NCBI GenBank assembly: GCA_039621445.1
Contig: CP154954.1
Span: 42,153,572 to 42,217,571 of the forward strand
Source: Euglena gracilis
Lineage: Eukaryota
Reading direction: 5' to 3'
DNA: 64,000 bases
This document shows, one piece after another, positions 60,731 to 64,000 of this stretch. The first letter of the stretch is position 1, and each line of letters opens with the position of its first letter. The notes under the pieces were generated by a model, which worked only from the letters and a program-made list of their open reading frames with translations, was not told where the DNA came from and ran no database searches. A program made the position numbers and the translations under genes.

Positions 60731-62700
60731 GGACTTGCATGCATTGATGCATGCGTGCATATATGTATGTATGCATGCATGATGCACACATCATTCATGC
60801 ATACCAGGGCGTTGCTTACCTCCCCCCCCTTGTCCAACGACTGGCCTTGTCCCCCGGTCAGTAGCGATCTTTTTCCAGGTAATCTTTTTTTCAGACGTTC
60901 GCGTTCTTTTTCTTACAACTTTCATGGCAGATTTTGTACCGAGTTAGCCAGCACATACGGGAGCCTATGTGTTGGTGCCTTGTTGATTGCCGCACGTTTC
61001 TCCCTTTTTTTCATCATGAATCTGAGAGTTGTGGCCATGTCAGGCAAAGGAAACTTTTTTTCTTCACCTTGGGGCAAAGCAGGAGGAAAAAATTTTGACC
61101 CGGTCTTGTCTAACGGCCACCCCCCCGGTCAGTAGCGAAAATAGCGACCCCCCCCCCCCACGGTCAGTAGCCATGTTCAGCGGTCGTTGGACAAGGGGGG
61201 GGGGGGTAAGAAAAATTTGATCCCCCCAGGGGGGACCCTGCCAGCCAAGCCTTTTTCCAGCTGGCAGCCCTTTTCCAGCCCCGGACCCCCTCCCCCCATC
61301 AACGAGATTGATTTATTTCCGGCCGCCCGAAGGGTGGCTAGACGGCAACAGATTTTTCACTTCCAGGAGGTACAGAAATGGGCCAAAAATGGGCCAAAAA
61401 TGGCTTAGAAAAGGGTTGGCAAGGGCAAGGAAATCGTTGTTTTTTTTTAATTGGCAGTTTTTTGGACATTTTTGTGACTTCATTTTTTTGAACCCGGTTC
61501 GACCCCAAGTCGGGCCCAGCTCCAGCCTGGGACACCTATGGGGCGGGGAGGGAGGGGGTCAGCCAGCAGCCTTTTTCCAGCCAGCTCACGTTTTCCAGCC
61601 CCTGAGCTGGACCCCCCGGGAGTCCTAAGCAACTCCCTGATGCATACATACAGACATGCATTCATACATACAGAAAGAGAAATGGACAGACAGACAGACG
61701 GACGGACGGACGGACAGATGGACATACACAGGGATAAAAGTGAATTTATTCACCTTATCTATTCTCCTCTGAGTTGCATGTCAAACAAAACAAACACATG
61801 AAAGCTTTGCTTTTGCAGTTTGATTTTTTTCTTCTGCTTTTTTAAAAAAGGAGGAACCAATTGTTGTTTTTTTTGCCCCGGTTTGGCCCTGCGGGGTCCT
61901 GGAACGGCGCCGGATCTGGGCAAACTCGGTCGACTGGGGGAGATTCGGCACTTAATTAGAAGGATAGGGCTAGGGTTGGGATTGGCGCGCCGAAAATTGG
62001 CACTTTTGAGGGACCCAGTTGGGCCGGACAGTGGGTTCCGTTTTGGGAAGATCCTGAATCGCCCGTTTTTCCCAAAAATGCCCGAATTCGACCCAAATTC
62101 CCCCAAAATTCGCCCGCTGTGCAGCCGAACTCCTCCCTGAATTCCGAAACGAGGGGGCCTCCGGGAATCCGGCCGCGACCCTAACCCCATCCCTAAAAAT
62201 AGCCCGACTTTCGCCTGAGGGTCGGACGGGGGGATGCTACATGGACCACTCCCCTGGAGCTACTATTTGGCCCGCGGGCCAAGTTGTAGCTTGCTGCGAT
62301 TTCTTCCATCAACTTTTTGCAGCTGTCTTCATTTTTGGCTGCCGAGAGCTTTCGCCCCTCCTCGTCCCCATGGGGGTGGGGACCCGCTCTCGGCTTCCAA
62401 AAAGTCTATGCGGCCGAGCGAGAGGCCCCGGTGCCCGGCCTCCCCGAAGCCCGGACCACATCCTGGGCCGCAACCTTGATGCCTCCCGGGGACCCCCTCC
62501 CCCCGGCCCTCCCCGGGGTGGGGCCCTCCGCCCTGGCCCCGGCGGACGACGTCGCCAGCCACGCCTTCACGTTCGAGGACGGCCCGCCGCTGCCAGCCCG
62601 CCCCTCGCCCAGCGCCGCCGCCACCAGCCACTTCGTCCGCTCCGCCCGCGGCCTCCCGCCCTGCCTCGTGCCTGGGGGGGCCCCGGCCGACGTCCCCGAC
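39501..62700 (+). CDS. Multi-exon gene: membrane receptor-type class III adenylate/guanylate cyclase-like protein (EF-hand-like N-terminus, TM, three Cache-like repeats, TM, cyclase domain)
   Basis: Hand-spliced exons: 39501-39607(?), 40291-40385, 40945-41036, 42573-42642, 43431-43691, 44189-44248, 44376-44461, 45946-46076, 46478-46625, 46865-47067, 48144-~48275, ~48823-48907, ~49014-49169, ~50385-50458, ~51599-51723, 51954-52049, 53533-~53605, ~54397-54562, 57022-~57064, ~57275-57401, 57868-57914, 58120-58259, 58604-58782, 59584-59680, 59968-60094, 60457-60560, 62541-~62700. Motifs: VVFADIHGFT, VKLVGDCYMAVAG, LRYGIATGRVTAGVL, ILDVWG, MERLSQPGRV. Start codon and last exon (possibly ~63575-63852) not resolved. 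Confidence 0.85.
41037..42572 (+). other. Non-conventional (intermediate, AG-ending) intron
   Basis: 18/20 inverted repeat CCCAGGGCGGCTGCACTGCC / GGCAGTGCAGGCGGCCTGGG; direct repeat GACAGA at both junctions; joins QTFAT|DGLVHVDQ. Confidence 0.8.
43066..43332. mobile_element. hAT-like MITE family B copy (reverse orientation)
   Basis: CAG...CTG ends; TSD ATTTGTAT / ATTTGCAT (7/8). Confidence 0.75.
47068..48143 (+). other. Non-conventional intron
   Basis: aaaCAGGGGTGGG ... CCCACCCCTGagccc; joins AVQA|RFAEQQ in frame. Confidence 0.8.
49257..49865. mobile_element. hAT-like MITE with a nested TA-type MITE (49271-49410)
   Basis: TIR CAGGGGATTTCTTA / TAAGAAATCCCCTG; flanks TTTGTTGC / (TT)TTTGTTGC; internal part homologous to ~34725-35020. 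Confidence 0.8.
51248..51402. repeat. G-rich minisatellite (GGGGAGTGTGGGG(GTAA/TGACA))n
   Basis: Directly visible. Confidence 0.85.
54397..54562 (+). CDS. Exon encoding the best-preserved Cache-like repeat
   Basis: PILRALQGESGVTLGDDYRPVLVISAYTYLPALQAALELKV resembles the G..G...DYRG..V..AY..L pattern of Cache sensor domains. Confidence 0.75.
56425..56630. repeat. 30-bp tandem repeat CCAAGTCCACTTTACCCCAAATGGACTTGG x~6.5, each unit a hairpin
   Basis: The unit contains CCAAGTCCA...TGGACTTGG inverted arms. Confidence 0.9.
57420..57682. repeat. ~260-bp poly-T-like low-complexity tract inside an intron
   Basis: Almost pure T. Confidence 0.9.
57915..58119 (+). other. Non-conventional intron retaining a near-perfect 8-bp TSD
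   Basis: Stem CAGCCTGCCGGTCAC / GTGACCGGCCGCCTG; flanks CCGTTGGC / CCGTTGCC; joins MYPASV|ARDLIL. Confidence 0.85.
58120..58259 (+). CDS. Cyclase domain exon with first metal-binding Asp
   Basis: ASVVFADIHGFTSTCHRLTAQQLM. Confidence 0.9.
58333..58395. repeat. (TG)n microsatellite
   Basis: About 31 perfect units. Confidence 0.95.
58604..58782 (+). CDS. Cyclase domain exon with K-x-x-G-D motif
   Basis: TFLGYTFSVMDVVASRAGMCRVKLVGDCYMAVAGLP. Confidence 0.9.
59968..60094 (+). CDS. Cyclase domain exon
   Basis: CVLRYGIATGRVTAGVLPGNTP. Confidence 0.9.
60457..60560 (+). CDS. Cyclase domain exon
   Basis: ILDVWGKVVTFANQMERLSQPGRVLLCSQTYKSV. Confidence 0.9.
60561..62540 (+). other. Non-conventional intron containing nested MITEs
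   Basis: gccCAGGGCGGCGGGC ... GCCCTCCGCCCTGgcccc; removal skips the TGA at 60595 and joins YKSVT|ADDVASH. Confidence 0.8.
60805..61639. mobile_element. hAT-like MITE with a nested TA-flanked MITE (60819-61206)
   Basis: TIR CAGGGCGTTGCTTA / TAAGCAACTCCCTG with exact 8-bp TSD ATGCATAC. The inner element has TIR CC(T)CCCCCCCTTGTCCAACGAC and a TA duplication. Confidence 0.9.
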
Positions 62701-64000
62701 ACGGGGGGGGGGGCGGGGGGAGGGGGCAGCTGTTGATTGCAAAGGCAGTGGTGGAGCGCAGAGCTTGCGTTGCATGTCTGCCTGAACACTCACCTGCACC
62801 ACAGGCACAGTTTTCTTTCCGAGCTCTATAGCCCTGATGTTGTTGCCAGAAACGCGAGATAAAAATTCAAACTCAACCATCCAAAAGGAGAGGTCAAATC
62901 CTTTTCTGGAGTGCAAGGGAACTCACTGTGCCAGCAACACTGTTAGAGTGAAAATCAGATCATTTATTTCAAATCAGATCTAAAATCAGATCCAGAAATG
63001 AAAAATTCCTGGAATTATTATGAATTTTACCCGGTGATTATGGTTTTTACCTGGTGAGACTTATTTGAGCCGAGAATCTATGGATTTCGCATGACCTATT
63101 TGTTTTTGGGGGCTCATGCCAGCTTCCATCTCTTATTGGCCACACTAATCACGAACTGTACAGAGAGTTAATTTCATTCTTTGTATCAAGCAATTTCACT
63201 GAAATCAAACACCCGTGGATGGGTCGCGGTCGGGCTGTACAGGATTCCCCGAAACCCAATGGGTGGTCGGTGGAGGGGGTCCAACCCCCCCCCCACCCCT
63301 TCCGTATTTCTGGTGGGATTATTCGGCCAAAGTTTTCTTTACGCGACTGCCATGGTGGGTGGGGGTCGACCCCTCCCTGGGTGGGGTGCCAACCCCCCCA
63401 CCAGGCCTTCCCGTACAGCCCTGGGGTGGATGGATATGAAAATAATGTGTGTGTGTGTGTATGCGTGTGTGTGCACATGCGTGCGTGCGTGCATGTGTGG
63501 GTGGGTGGGTGGATGTGTAGGAGGGTGGGTGGGTTGGTGTTGAGATGTGGGGGTGTTGGCAGGATGGCAGTGATCTTTGCCCCCCCATGCCGCGTCGCCG
63601 GGCGCCTCGCCGGTGGAAGCGGATCGTTGGTTTGGCTGTCGGACGAACCCCGGTTGGCCACTCCCCCCCCCCCGCTTCTGTGAGGGCCGCCCCACCGACG
63701 GCGGAGCTGGGGCTCTCCCCCGTCGCATACGACGCTGCCGGTCCTCCGCCCCCGGACCCCACAACCTCTGCAGACCCCAGCTCCCCAGCCAGGCAGGGAC
63801 TGCTGTGCGGGCTGCCCCCCTCCCATGGAGCGCACTGCTGCGCGCTGTTTAGGCCAGAGTTCCGAGGTTCAGGGGCACAGGGCAAGAACCAGGGAGGCCC
63901 AGGAATGTGTCGAACGGGGGCCTTTTTTTGCATCAATTCCCAACTGCTCAACCTTTCATTGCGTTTTCGACAACGTTCAAATGGATATTTTCCCTCTGCA

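Noticed and set aside
1-64000. rRNA, tRNA, spliced-leader or snRNA genes; prokaryotic operons, promoters or defence systems
   Set aside because: None recognisable by eye; a covariance-model search would be needed to exclude small RNAs.

Overview
Eukaryotic nuclear DNA with the gene architecture typical of euglenids (inferred from intron type, not from a database match): short GC-rich exons separated by long repeat-filled introns, most of them non-canonical (not GT-AG) with base-paired ends. Most ORFs in the six-frame track are spurious; the real proteins appear only after splicing. Two divergently oriented genes can be rebuilt by hand. The first (minus strand, ~4.7-23.8 kb, possibly extending to the window start) encodes a Ser/Pro mucin-like stalk followed by a multi-pass membrane domain. 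The second (plus strand, ~39.5-63 kb, ~27 exons) encodes a degenerate EF-hand pair, a TM helix, three Cache-like extracellular repeats, a second TM helix and a class III nucleotidyl cyclase domain lacking the catalytic Asn/Arg. Introns and the intergenic region are packed with nested DNA transposons (CAG...CTG elements with 8-bp TSDs, one carrying a truncated hAT transposase; TA-flanked MITEs), retroelement remnants and satellites. Main finding: the non-canonical introns are cut 3 nt outside the 5' arm and 5 nt outside the 3' arm of their terminal stem. 3+5 = 8 nt is one copy of the 8-bp TSD made by the hAT-type elements in this window, and some introns still show the TSD, suggesting a hAT-derived intron-generating system. 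Coordinates were read by eye, and homopolymer errors make some junctions uncertain by 1-2 nt.
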